This document shows positions 38,297 to 51,026 of a DNA stretch of 64,000 nucleotides, piece after piece (the first letter of the stretch is position 1; each line of letters starts with the position of its first letter). The stretch lies in contig NC_069000.1 of NCBI RefSeq assembly GCF_001194135.2, positions 44,980,756 through 45,044,755 on the forward strand, given 5' to 3'. The notes beneath the pieces were generated by a model. It ran no database searches. It was not told the DNA's origin and worked only from the letters and a program-made list of their open reading frames with translations. Source of the stretch: Octopus bimaculoides (lineage: Eukaryota). Both the position numbers and the translations under genes were made by a program.

Positions 38297-39196
38297 TATG
38301 AAGGGGTACCCTAAAGTAATGGGAAAAGTTTTCTGTGGGACAAGCCCATTGTAGTTCAGGCTTCTGTTGCTAGAAACCACTTGATGCAAACCTCAGGCAT
38401 CAGTCTGCAGACCAGCATTGTCAAGTGCTGTTGTATTGGCACATGGTGCGTATTTGTTTTGTGTGGCTTCTTCTCCGTTTGTTGAGTTTTGTGACGACTG
38501 AAATGAAGACACAGTGTGCTTCTGTGAAATTCTGTTTTCTACTGGGCAAAATAGCAGCTGAAACAGTTGTCATGCTTCTAACAAGGATGATGCCATGATC
38601 AAAACATAAGTTTATGAGTGGCTTCCATGCTTTAGGAATGGTCACTTGTCGCTTGAAGATCAACCTCATTCAGGGTGACCATCAGTCTCCCTAAAGGAAT
38701 GAAAACAGGAAAATTCATGAAGTGATCTTGGAGGACCATCACCGAATTGACAAACTTGTTGATATGACTGGTGTGTCCTGGTGCTCCTGCCAACGAATTT
38801 TGAGTGAGGAATTAGGAATGGAAACAGTTGCAGTAAAATTTGTGCCTCGCTTGGTCATGGAATATCAAAAGCAGTCAGGACTGAATGTGTGTTGTGGACT
38901 GAAAGAACAGTTGGAAGATGATCCAGACTCTTATTTCGAAGGTCATCACTGGTGATGAAGGCTGTGTGCTATGGAATTTGCAGGTGTGAAAGAGGTGAAG
39001 GAAAAAACGATGGAGGTGTTAAAAGGCATCACATTGCAAGAGTTCCTGCACTGCTTCAAACAGTGGAGAACGCGTCTGGACCAATGCATTGCTTCAAATG
39101 GAGAATAGTTTGAAAGTAATAAAAGTGTAAACATGTAAAACTAAGGGAATAAAATAATATTGCAAAATTCCAGTTTCTTTCGGGTACCCCCTCGTA
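38297..39196 (+). mobile_element. Internally deleted mariner element with both TIRs
   Basis: ta-tgaaggggtaccc ... gggtaccccctcg-ta; remnants VKFCFLLGK.AAET, FVPRL, and C-terminal LQEFLHCFKQWRTRLDQCIASNGE. Confidence 0.9.
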
Positions 39197-40198
39197 TACA
39201 TACATACATACACACACACACAGACATTTATTCACTTACATACATATATACATGCTTTGTAAATTCTCACTATCTATCTATCTATCTATCTATATATATA
39301 TATATATATATACACGAACAGACAACACAGAAATCAAATATAAAGGCATTGAGAAATATCTTTTATCTTTTCTTTGCTGCAGTCATGAGACTGCGACCAT
39401 ACTGGGGCATGCCCTGAGGAACTTTAACTGAATGCATTGATCTCAGTATTTATATTGAAGTGTTTGACAAAACACTTACTCAAACACACACACAGTTTCA
39501 GCCTACCAAATCCACTCACAAGGCTTTGGTCAGCCCAAAGCTACAGAAGAAGACACTTGCCCAAGGTACCATGCAGTGGGATTGAACCTGGAACCAAGTG
39601 GTCAGGAAGCAAACTTCTAACCACACAGCCTTGTCTGTGCCTATATATATATATATATATATATAAGTAGTAATAACATTCTTTTCTACTCTAGGCACAA
39701 GGCCCGAATTAGATCGACCCCAGTATGCAACTGGTACTTAATTTATTGACTCCGAAAGGATGAAAGGCAAAGTTGACCTCGGTGGAATTTGAACTCACCA
39801 CTAAGCATTTCGCCTGGCGTGCTAACAATTCTGCCAGCTCCACTGCCTTTATAAGTAGTAATAATAGAAAAAAAAAACAGTGTGCCTTCTCTGTCCTGGG
39901 CTCTGGCAACCCCATTACACTGTAGAATTTGGATACACCACTTAACTTTCAGGTAAACTTCAGTGTTAATTATAGCTGATGATGTGTCTGCAGAGATCAA
40001 TAGTTCTCACCCAATTTGACTTATTGCAAATCAAACTAAAAAATTATTGGTGCATTTTGCATGGACAGATAAAAAAAAAAATCCTTTTAAAAATTAAAAA
40101 CTAAAAAAAATACCAAAAATCTATTGCTTACCTTGTTTAATTAGTAACACCTGTATATAATAAAATTATGGTAACGGTTTTTTTTAATAAAAGCTCAA

Positions 40199-40421
40199 CC
40201 CTTTAGCATTCAGATTATTCTGTCAAATGTAATGCTTATTTATCCATTCTGTTTGAATTAATCATGGATCATCTTGGTAGCTTCCAGATTTTGATGGAGT
40301 GATTTTTTTACTTTTTAGAATGACATTGTAGGGTAGATGTGAGAGGCATGATCTGGTCAGTTTCGATGTAAAAGCAGGTAGAATATTCGAGTCGGTTATT
40401 GCTGGTTTAAATGCTAAAGGG
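40199..40421. mobile_element. piggyBac-like MITE
   Basis: ccctttagcatt ... aatgctaaaggg TIRs with degenerate TTAA flanks (tcaa/ttca). Confidence 0.7.
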
Positions 40422-43400
40422 TTCAGCATTAAATAAGGGGGGTTTTGATGCTTTAGAGGCCTTAAATATAAAATACTGAAAATGGAAAGCCTCATACAAT
40501 GTGAAAGGAAAAAAATTTAATAACCTTTATATTTCAAGCACAACAGCCCATCATCAGGAACAAATGAATTAAAGAAATGTGAGTCTACATAGTAAATTAG
40601 CGATGTTTGGTCAGTACTCTATAGACTTAGTACTTCTGATGACAGGCCTTTGTGCCTGAAATATATAAAGGATATTAAACTTGTATTGTAAGATGCTCTC
40701 CATCTTCCTTATTTTGCTATTTTACTTCCGTATCACAATGGTTCAAGCAAGCTGCAATTCTCTTTTTAAAAGTGCATGGTGCACCACAGCACTCTGGTGT
40801 ACATGTGTGAGAGTCACTGGCAACAAGATACATACCCTGTATGATATCCTAGTCATACCCTCCTATCATTTCTCAGACACAGTCGTCTAATTACTCCAAG
40901 TTGGCATCAACAAAGAGACCATCTAGCAACCTGATAATTCTAGGCAAACAGACTTAAAGTGGCACCTACCAAAACCCACTGTGCCCCTTCTTACCAGTGC
41001 TAACAGAGAACATCAAAGACAACTGATTCTCACATTAAACAACATGGAACATAAACACAAAATAATAAAGTATTAGGAATTAGATGCAACATTTTTACAT
41101 TAACAGAACATGTGGTAAGGAAAGTAAAACAACACATAAACATACTTTGAACACTTGCAGGAACCATATTTGGTCAAATTCAAAGAATCAACAACAATGT
41201 TATACAAACAAACATATTAAATCCATTATAAAAAGCACCTGTGCTGGTTCCACATAAAAAGCACCCTGTACACTCTGTAAAGTGGTTGGTATTAGGAAGG
41301 GCATCCAGCTGTAGAAACCATGCCAAAACAGACAACTGGAGCCGGGTACACCTCTCTGGCTTGTTAGCTCTTCTGTCAAACCGTCCAACCCATGCCAGCA
41401 TGGTAAACAGACATTAAATGATGATGATGATTATGCTGGTCCTGCTTGGGTTGTTTTGCGAGGGTCACAGTTTGATGCCACAGCAAGCTCCAAGCTTCCC
41501 AATCTCAGTCACAGCATGTACACTGACCACCACACCACACCACACACATCTGCAACATCCCAAGACTCTTCCAAAATGCCTTCCTCAGACCATTCTCCTC
41601 TCCTATCAGATCTTACCCACACTTAAACAGCTGCAGTAACATCAATAACTGTCACAACTGCGACATGCACAATCACTGCCAAACGCATCTGTAACATTTC
41701 CTGTAACATCAAATATCAAGTCACAATCAAATGGAATTTGTAGTTGTGGCCATGCCAGTGCTGCCTGACTGGCTCCTGTGATGGTGGCACACAATAAGCA
41801 CCATTCATGCATGATTCGTTACCAGTACCGCTAGACTGGCTCCCTGTGCCAGAGGCATGTAAAAAGCACCATCCGAATGTGGTTGATGCCAGGGCCACCT
41901 GACTGGTTCCCGTGCCAGTGGCACGTAAAAAGCACCCCCTACACTCTTGGAGTGGTTGGCATTAGGAAGGGCATCCAGATATAGAAACCTTACCAGATCA
42001 GATTGGAGCCTGGTGCGGCCTCCTGGCTTGCCAATCCCCAGTCAAACTGTTCAACCCATGCCAGCATGGGAAACGGACGTTAAACGATGATGATGATGAT
42101 GATGATCCCAGGAAATTCCTGCAACATCTTTCTCAGATCACCCTGTCTCTCCAACCAGATCCTAATCACACATAAATAACTGCAGTAACATTGGTAACCT
42201 TCCCAACTACCAATGATAAGTGGAAACGTACAGTAATGGCTGGCAGCAAACAAGTGGCAGAAGCATTAGAGTGCTGGTTAGAATGGCTTGCAGTAGTTGT
42301 TCCAACTGTCCGCATGTGAGTTCAAATCCTGGCAAGGTTGTTTTCTGCCTTTTATCTTCTCTGGGTCAAAAAAAAAATGTTATGTCAGAATGTGTAGCAT
42401 GGTCAGCAAATGGGAGCTGACAGGATGTAACTGGGAAGAGGGACTTAGGGGTCTGTCATAAGATTTAGGACTTTTCAATTAGGGGCCGATGTGGGGTTTA
42501 TGACAACCACTACCAACACATACTACGACTGTTTACTATACTGTGGCATTAACATACTATATATATATAACTGTTATCCATCACAACACTACTACAACCA
42601 CATATACCACCACAGTACTATGTCACAAACACATGGCACTAGCATTCATGACCACCTCAACACTACAACACCAACACATACTACTCACCGTTGGACATAA
42701 ATTAACTCAAGACTCAATTTTGGAAACATGCAGTTAATGATAATTAATGATAAAATATGATAATTAAGGGTTGTATATTTGACGAAAGGAGGGAGGGGAT
42801 GAGGTAGATGTAATAATGAGAGGGGGAGTGAGACGGGAGGGCGAAGGGTACATGAAAAGCTGTTGGGGCTGGATTGTAAGCTGGGAAAAAAAACTGGAAA
42901 AGAGCGTGGAGAATAGCAAATGTTTATTAATTATTATGAGGTTAACGAGGGAGTAACTGCAATGAAAATACATTTAAAATGGACATGAGCAAGTGAGGAT
43001 GAAGAGGAGGAGTCATGCTGCAGAGATATACGAGAAAAAGAATATTAAAGGACCATGGATAATATTTCAAAGAAAAAAGTGAAAAAAAGTAAAGAAAAAT
43101 TTTTAAAAAATAAATAAAAACAAAAAAAAAGGAGCTTGTTTCGTTCTCAAAGCCATTTCACTCACCAATCAGGATTAGAATAACCTGCAGAAAGAGAAGT
43201 TTGTGGGGTGTGAGCTAGCATAGAGTGAAACAAAGTGAACAGGTAGATGAAAGATAGAAACCTCCACAGGTGGCAAGACAGGGTTTGGTATCTGTCCCCT
43301 CGCTGAGGTGTTAGGTCCTTTTCCTTTCATTGTAATATAAACACATAAAAGAAGTTTGTTTGGTAAACTTAGCTGGAAAAAAAAAAACACACATAAAAGA

Positions 43401-43784
43401 TGTTCTTGTGCAGTGAGAGAGAGAGAGAGAGAGAGATGTGTTATGTAAATGTTGTTGATGTTACTGTTGTTTAGACCAGTCCCACAGCTGTGAGGGCAGC
43501 CCTCATCCAACAGGCTTCTGTAGAAGTCATTGCTGTTGTTTAAGGACCCACCACATCTGTGAGGGCAGCCCACATCCAGCTGATTTGAACTCAGAGTACC
43601 ACAGACAACCAGGAGGAATACTATGAACTATTCTATCAGACACTTTACAATAATTTCACCAATTTGTGCCACCATTAATTAATTCAGTTGGTTAACATAT
43701 TCAATGTAGGAAAAACATGCTTGGTAGTATGTCAGATAACACATATTGCTCATTGTTTCCTAAACTTTTTGCCCAAAACATAAT

Positions 43785-43990
43785 TTACATTTGATGGATA
43801 TTTGTCCTCATCTTGTTTATTGTTAACACAACGTTTCGGCTGGTATACCCTCCAGCCTTCATCAGGTGTCTTGGGGAAATTTCGAACCTGGGTTCTCATT
43901 CCTAAGGTATTTTTTGATGTTTACTGCCTGGAATCGAACTCAGAATCTTGGGGTTAGTAGCCCGTGCTCTTAACTACTATGCCATATGCC
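43785..43990 (-). mobile_element. tRNA-headed SINE containing a minimal hammerhead ribozyme
   Basis: A/B boxes (tggcatagtagttaag / gagttcgattcc), then GACAC-CTGATGA-A-GGCTGG..CCAGCC-GAAA-CGTT-GTGTT, then an atgtaaat tail; homologous copy at 51027-51260. Confidence 0.8.
43825..43870 (-). ncRNA. Minimal type I hammerhead ribozyme motif
   Basis: Intact CUGAUGA and GAAA cores, 6-bp stem II, 5-bp stem I (GACAC/GUGUU), palindromic ACGU in place of stem III, GUU cleavage triplet. Confidence 0.75.
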
Positions 43991-44422
43991 CTAAAATGGG
44001 AGAAGCCATGTAACCCCTTCACAAAAAAAAATTAAAAAAACCTGTTCTGCACTGGTCCCTTTTTTCATAGTTTAGCTCCCTGATCTCCGAGCATAAATCT
44101 ACCCTTCTCAGGGTCTGTAGTCTTGCAAGGGGCACGGGGAGCCCACATGGATTGATGAAACTGTAAGTGTATCTGTAAGATGCTTTGAAGTGTGAGTTAT
44201 GACATTGTATTCCAAGTTCAAATCCTACCATGGCCTACATGGGAGACAGACTTAATCCATCATCAGGTTTAACACAATCACCTGATCACTTTGTGGGTAT
44301 TAATAGACTTCAAACTATTCCAAGCATTTGGGTTCAGCTCCCTCGTTTGAGGTTATCTTATTCCCTCCCTCCCACTAACCTTGCAGGTGCTATAGAGGTT
44401 CCACATCACTGCCTGTCTATAG

Positions 44423-44686
44423 TACAGGGTGTTCAAAAAGTCTCTCCGCAGTAAGTATTTTATTATACAATAAATATTTTATAAGATGGTATAAGACTAC
44501 AGAAGAATATATTAGACTTTACAAGACTTTAAAAAACTTTAAGAGGTGTTGAAAATGTCATCCTTCATTTTCAATACACAAGTTGACTCTTCTACACATG
44601 TTTTGAAATATATCTTGGAGAGTCTGACTCTTGGAGAGTCAGGATGAAAAAAATTCACTGCGGAGAGACTTTTTGAATACCCTATA
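44423..44686. mobile_element. Tc1/mariner-type MITE, 30-bp TIRs with TA ends
   Basis: tacagggtgttcaaaaagtctctccgcagt ... actgcggagagactttttgaataccctata. Confidence 0.9.
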
Positions 44687-46172
44687 TAAAAAAAAAGGGA
44701 AAATAAAAATCCCATTAAGTCTGTGGTGAAGATTACCCCACTAAACAGGGTTTTGTTGTACCAAGATGTAATGTACAGTTGTGGCTGTCATCACAGTACC
44801 ATGCTGTGGACAGTGAAGTGGTTTGAAACGGTTAGTTCCGCAATGAAAAGCAGCGTGAAGAAGAAGAACCAAAAGACTTGCAATGGTTTATGTGCAACAG
44901 CAGCAGATGTAGAATGCATTATGCAGTGAAACCAGCCTCTGTAGACTTGCAAATGCTTGTTATTAATGAAAGAATGATGTGGAAGAATTCAGCAACACCA
45001 TGCCATGAATGAATTTAGTGAGGTTTTTTAATCAGTGAAAGCTGCTCAATGTGGCTAAAACAAGCACAACATGAACATGGTAGCTGCAAGAAAGAAATGA
45101 AGTCACACAAAAATGGTGTTAAGGAGGAGGGATTAGGACATAGGCAACTATAGAATGCTCATGGAAACATTACTGAAGATGTTGATCTAAGCGGGCGAAA
45201 AACAAACAGCAAAAAAAAAAAAACCACACACATACACAAAAAAAAGAATGTCTTTGAGGAAGGAGTAAATATTTGGGTTTAGTTGTCTTTCAGCTTCTGG
45301 TTCTGATTGAAGATGACATAGGCTGAGACTCAGCTTAGGGATTGAACTTGCAGATTTATGGTCAAAGGTGTTTCTGTAGTGACTGTATTGGGTGGTAGAT
45401 AGAAATGGATTGCAATGAAGGGCCTTCTTTTTAAGACATTCACAGTGTAATTTGAGGGAGATTTGGCTGCTATATTATTTACTGTCATGATGGATGATCA
45501 CATAGAAATGCCTTCTTTGCTTTGTATATCCAGTATATATATATATATATATATATAGAAAATAGTAACTCAAGCATTCACTGATGTTGCAAATAACCAC
45601 TTGGCTGAATAAAAATTCACTATTTGCAACACCGGTGAATGCTTTACTGACTGTTTCCTCTATCAGAGTCAATGAATTCTCATCTAAGCATGTGATTGCT
45701 TGCGAACACACAGCATTGAAGAGGCCCAAACAAGATGAAATGCATCTGGTGGTCTTGCTGGCTGCTGCTGCTAGGATGATCTTTGTCTCCTTCTTGCATT
45801 TGCTATGTTCTAATGCAGCACATTTATAAGACATGTTATCTCAGCACAAATACCACAGTAACTGGACTATCAATGGTACACACACACATTTTGTCTGTGT
45901 TTGTGTGTGTGTGTAGATGTTTGACCAAATGGTTAGGCAACTGGGATCTTGATCATAAGAGTGTATATTCAAATCCTGGTGCAGGAAGTGTGTTGTGTTC
46001 TTAGACAAGACACTTCACTTCATATTTTGGTCCAAAACTACATCCTCAACAACTCTCACTCCTCTTACAAGATGGAAAGTTCTGATTTGAGGGAGATTTG
46101 ACTGCTATTTTTAGGAGACTGTGTGACTGCATAGAGGCTCCCTTGTCAGGTTGGTTAGGTAACTTCATATAC

Positions 46173-46265
46173 TTACCAACTGCTGGCTTTTGGTCGGAGA
46201 TCGTCAAGGATGGCCTCAATCACATCAGTGGTGGTGGAGGTTCCGCCAACATCTGGTGTGTGGAT
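46173..46265 (-). CDS. IDH3G: IDH3 gamma exon 12 (terminal)
   Basis: gatttcag|IHTPDVGGTSTTTDVIEAILDDLRPKASSW-TAA. Confidence 0.9.
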   Translation of the reverse strand: MHTPDVGGTSTTTDVIEAILDDLRPKASSW

Positions 46266-46297
46266 CTGAAATCAAGGAGACAGCGATATTGGTAAGG

Positions 46298-46500
46298 GAA
46301 TGAAGGTTCTTAATTCCCATCTACAGGTGGACAAACTGCAGCTGGGTGGTGGTAGGAATCATAATATGTATTGATAAGAGAATGAAGGCCTTTAACTCAC
46401 ATCTACAGGTAGATAGAAAATAACTGAGCATGTGGAAATCACAATACATAGTGGCGAAGGAATGAAGGCCCTTAATTCCCATCTACAAGTGGACAGACTG
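46298..46500. repeat. Degenerate ~81-bp minisatellite, 3 copies, in IDH3G intron 11
   Basis: gaatgaagg..ttaa.tc.catctaca.gt.ga.a starts at 46298, 46380 and 46460. Confidence 0.8.
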
Positions 46501-46997
46501 TAGCAGTGTGTGGAACAAATACTAACCCACATCACATTTAATACGATGCTCTTGTCACTTGTTAACCTTTAACAGTGGGAAACAGTTTATTATACATCAG
46601 TCCATCTTTTGTTGAGAAATGTCATGTTTGAAACTATTTTCTGTTGAGATATACTAATCTTATTCAAATCAACATAACTTGCAGAAAACAAGTTTATTTT
46701 TTGGTAGCTCTTTCGGAACTGATAAAACAAATACCGGTTGGGCGCTGGAGTTGATGTAATCAGCTTACCTGCTCCCCGCAAAATGCAGGCCTTGTGCCAA
46801 AATTTGAAACCAATATTCTACAAACACATGTCTAGTCATGGAAACTGTTATCTTGCTTGGAAACAGGTGAGGGTTGGTGACAGGGAGGGCATCTAGCCAT
46901 AGAAAAAAATTTGCCTCCATAAACACCATCCGACCCATGCAGGCATGGAAATGTGGATGTTAAAACAACAACAAAGTTTCAAAGAACCAGTTCTTAC

Positions 46998-47058
46998 CTT
47001 CTTAGTAATCAACACATTCATGACTGACTCTCGAATCATCGTGGCGTATCTGTAGCAG
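46998..47058 (-). CDS. IDH3G: IDH3 gamma exon 11
   Basis: ttccag|C-CYRYATMIRESVMNVLITKK|gtaag; 61 nt, phase 2/0. Confidence 0.9.
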
Positions 47059-47581
47059 CTGGAATGGTAAGAAATCAAGAATTTTCAGCAGACATTCTCT
47101 CACACGATGTAAAACGTTTCTCTATTGGAATTATCACAACTTGGCAGAGTTCCCTTTAAGCTGTGCACTTGTGAGCATTCTTTTATTCTTGTACTTATTT
47201 CAGTCATTTGACTCTGGCCATACTGGAGCATCACCTTGAAGGGTTCTAGTCGAACAGATCGACCCAAGGACTTATTTTTTAAGCCTATACTTATTCTGTC
47301 AGTTTCTTTTGCTCAACTGCTAAGTTACAGGGATGTAAACACACCAACACCAGTTGTCAAGTGGTGGTGGTGGTGACAAACAGACACAAACACACAAAAC
47401 ATATATATTATACACATATAATACCTCTATCTATCTATAACTATATTTATCTGTGTGTATATGCATGCAAGCACATTAACAAACTATAGACAGAAAATTG
47501 TAGACTAAGATAAGCACAGAGAGGAGGAGTAGGAAGAGAGAGGTGGTAGTGTAAGTAAAATGAAGAAACACAGATACATAC

Positions 47582-47676
47582 CCGAGGTAATCTAGCATGT
47601 CACAGCTGGCTAATAACATACCCGTTGGGTTGGCAATGTTCTTTCCTTGGATTGAGCGACCTGAGTTTCGAGTACC
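47582..47676 (-). CDS. IDH3G: IDH3 gamma exon 10
   Basis: aacag|[33 protein letters not shown]|gtatgt; 95 nt. Confidence 0.95.
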
Positions 47677-48730
47677 CTGTTATAACACAGAAATCAGAAG
47701 GTAAATACATACCCATGTGTGAGTGAATGCATGCTTACACACATGTCTACATACATCATCATCATCATCATCGTTTAACGTCCGTTTCCATGCTGGCATG
47801 GGTTAGATGGTCTGCATCAGGCTCCCAATCCGATTTGGCAGAGTTTCTACAGCTGGATGCCCATCCTATTGCCAACCACTCCGAGAGTGTAGTGGGATCT
47901 TTTTACAGTGTTATTTTCTATCAATCATGATATGTGCTATTATGTTGGGGGCAGGCGTCTTTTCAACAGGTGATTTCTATAATCCCATATTTAGTTTCAG
48001 TGTGTTACTAGTGGAAACATTTTGCTAAATATTTGCTTTTAAGGGGAAATAACTCTATATTCTGGAAATTGCATGCAACTCCTTTTGCTCTTGGTTTGGT
48101 TGCACGCATTGTGGTACTTAATGATACTCTGACATGTTTTGCAAACAGCTTTAGCTAACCTTTATGTTGTTCCTGTTAAATAGTAAGTGAAGTTTGGGGT
48201 TATTCAGAAAGTATTTTCTGATCAAGGACAGAAAATGTTTTGAAACATTGCTTTTTCCACATCAAAGTTATCTGGCTGATTAAACTATTTCAACGTATCT
48301 CATCCCAATATCTGTTGGGGATGCTGGTTATTTCGATTTTTATTTAGTTCTCGTCTGGTATCAGCTGTGTGTTACTGTACCATTGGACTACCATACTGTT
48401 AAAAGGTAGCTTAATCAACACTCACAAAGCTTTGGTCAGCTGAGGGCTATTGCAGAAAACACTTACCTAAGTTGTCACATAGCTGGACCTTGGTCAAGTG
48501 TTTTCTTTTTAATCTAACAGCCAAGACTGACTCAATTTGCTTTAGTTTGCCTGACAGACACCCCACTCAAAAAGGAGCCCTCATTCATGTTCAATAAGTT
48601 ATTAAAAAAAAACATTAAAAAATAAATTAAAAAATTAAAATAAACAAGAGAAAGGAAAAGTTAATTAAAATTTAAATTGTTGATAGACATGGAAATATAG
48701 AAATTTGATTTGGTTTGAATTTTGACTCAC

Positions 48731-48877
48731 AGTTTCAAAAATGGCATAAGAATCTCCTATATTCCGGCCAGGTACAACACCAGCACCTCCGACCATTCCA
48801 GTGGCAACGTTGCTTAGAATATTGCCATAAAGATTTGGCAATACTAAAACATCAAATTGTTGAGGATAGGAGACCAT
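48731..48877 (-). CDS. IDH3G: IDH3 gamma exon 9
   Basis: ttttcag|[49 protein letters not shown]|gtgagt. Confidence 0.97.
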
Positions 48878-50108
48878 CTGAAAATAGAATCGAAATAGAT
48901 TAAGTCTTTTATTGATTTCAGTGCAATTGTGGTCAGGCTGGAGCACTGAAAATAAATTAGATTACAGCCACCCCTACATACCTCTGACACTCATCTCCGT
49001 CACTGTACATCTCTCTCTCTCCCCCACAACTTTATCATACAACTACTGCACACCACCCTTCCAGTATGGCCACTTACCCTCTCCGAGCCATTCCTGTATC
49101 TTTTAATCCCTCTTCCACCTCATTAATCTTTACCATTCACCACATCTCCCTCTTTGTTCATCATTCACCTCCACCCCCATCTCTAAACATTTGTCCCTTT
49201 CCTCTCACTCAAATGGACTTATCCATCCACCCACCCACCTCCCCTTGCAAATCCTTTATCCTTATTCTCTCTTATACTCATCTTGTATTTTGAGAGTACA
49301 CTCTCACGCCACATTACTGTCATCTTTCCACCCACCCTTATATAATGTGGGGTAGCAATGTATCTCCTTTATAGCAAGACACCTTTGTGTGTCCCTTTAT
49401 TATACTTCATCTCAATACCTGGCATAAAGTCACCTCTCTACTAACCCCCATTCAGCTGAAGGGTGTTTATCTTGTGAGTTACTTAGTGACTTCACAGGTG
49501 CTGGTGTCATGAAAAAAGCACCCAGGGTACACTATAAGGTGGTTGGCATCAAGAAGGGTATCCAGCAGACACAGGAACTTGATGTAGCCCCATGGCTTGC
49601 CAGATCCGACCCATGCCATCATGGCAATTGGATGATAAATGATGACAAAGATAATCTTTTCTACTTTAGACATAAGGCCTGAAATTTTTGGGGAGGTGGG
49701 GGCAGTCGATTAGATCGACCACTGGTATGCAACTGGTACTTAATTTATTGACCCCAAAAGGATGAAAGGCAAAGTCGACCTTGGCAGAATTTGAACTCAG
49801 AATATAAAGACAGATGAAATACCGCCAAGCATTTTGCCCAGCGTGCTAACGTTTCTGGCAGCTTGCCGTCTTAAATGATGAAGATAATGTCAGAAAGGAA
49901 TGGCAGTGCTTGTGACCCTAAGACAGAGAAAGGAAGGAAGGAAGGAAGGAGTATCCTTAATCTGGAAACCTCAGTACCAATGTCTGCAACAGCTAAAGTA
50001 ATCGCAGGTGCCACATGGTGGTGTTACACAGGGTAATAGATTAAGTCTATCACTGAAGCAGAAGAAAGAAAAAGAGGATGAGGAAAAGATGGAGACAAGA
50101 ACCCTTAC

Positions 50109-50211
50109 CTGCATGCAAGCGTTATCAACAATCATATTATTGAATTCAATTTGTGGATATTCTTCTGCAACATTTTTGCAACATTCTAGAAACAGTCCAT
50201 CACCAAGTTTC
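50109..50211 (-). CDS. IDH3G: IDH3 gamma exon 8
   Basis: tttgtag|[35 protein letters not shown]|gtaagg. Confidence 0.97.
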
Positions 50212-50567
50212 CTACAAAGAAATAAAAAGCAAATTATTATAATGTGATACACGAAAACAGGACTCTTTATCTGCCCACTACTGTCATTTCCCTCTAGCCA
50301 CATCCCACACAACTCCCTAGCAAATTTAGGGTCACACTGTCACATGTAAAAAGCACCGTTCGAATGTGGCCGATGCCAATACCCCCTGACTGGCTCTCGT
50401 GCTGGTAGCACATAAAAAGCACCATCCGAACGAAGAAAACAATTAAATGCTGCGGTCAATTTGTTTGACTTAATACCTTTCAGGGCAGTGCCCCAGCATG
50501 GCTGCAGTCCAATGACTGAAACAAGCAAGCAAACATACAAACTAAAATAATAACACCAACAAGGAGC

Positions 50568-50602
<35 letters not shown>

Positions 50603-50626
50603 CCACACGTACAAACAACTCCTTAC

Positions 50627-50760
50627 ATTATGTTCGCCTTGTGAATAGCCGTGACCTTCTTGCGTCCATATTTCACAGCGTAATCAAATGCGTACTTTGC
50701 AATATTCATACATCGTTTCCTGGTGATGATTTTCAAACTTTCAACAACTCCATTCACATT
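50627..50760 (-). CDS. IDH3G: IDH3 gamma exon 7
   Basis: tttgtag|[46 protein letters not shown]|gtaagg. Confidence 0.97.
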
Positions 50761-51026
50761 CTACAAAATATAAAACACAAAAACAAATAATAAACAACAA
50801 TATATATATATATANNNNNNNNNNNNNNNNNNNNNNNNNNNNNNNNNNNNNNNNNNNNNNNATATATATAAAAACCATCATCACTGTGTGCCCCTCTCTT
50901 GCAACCCCACCACCATCATCTCAAACACCTCACCTGATTTCCTTATTTCCCATCAACAGTTCTATTACTATGTTGTTCTCCATCATCACCCCCGCCTTAC
51001 ATCCTGCCACCCATCATGTTATTATT

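Noticed and set aside
45475-45834. 119-aa minus-strand ORF downstream of IDH3G as a separate gene or extra exon
   Set aside because: No recognisable domain, runs into (TA)n, no good in-frame acceptor; more likely 3' UTR
46298-46500. CRISPR-like repeat-spacer look
   Set aside because: Eukaryotic intron, repeats are degenerate, the linkers resemble each other, and there are no cas genes
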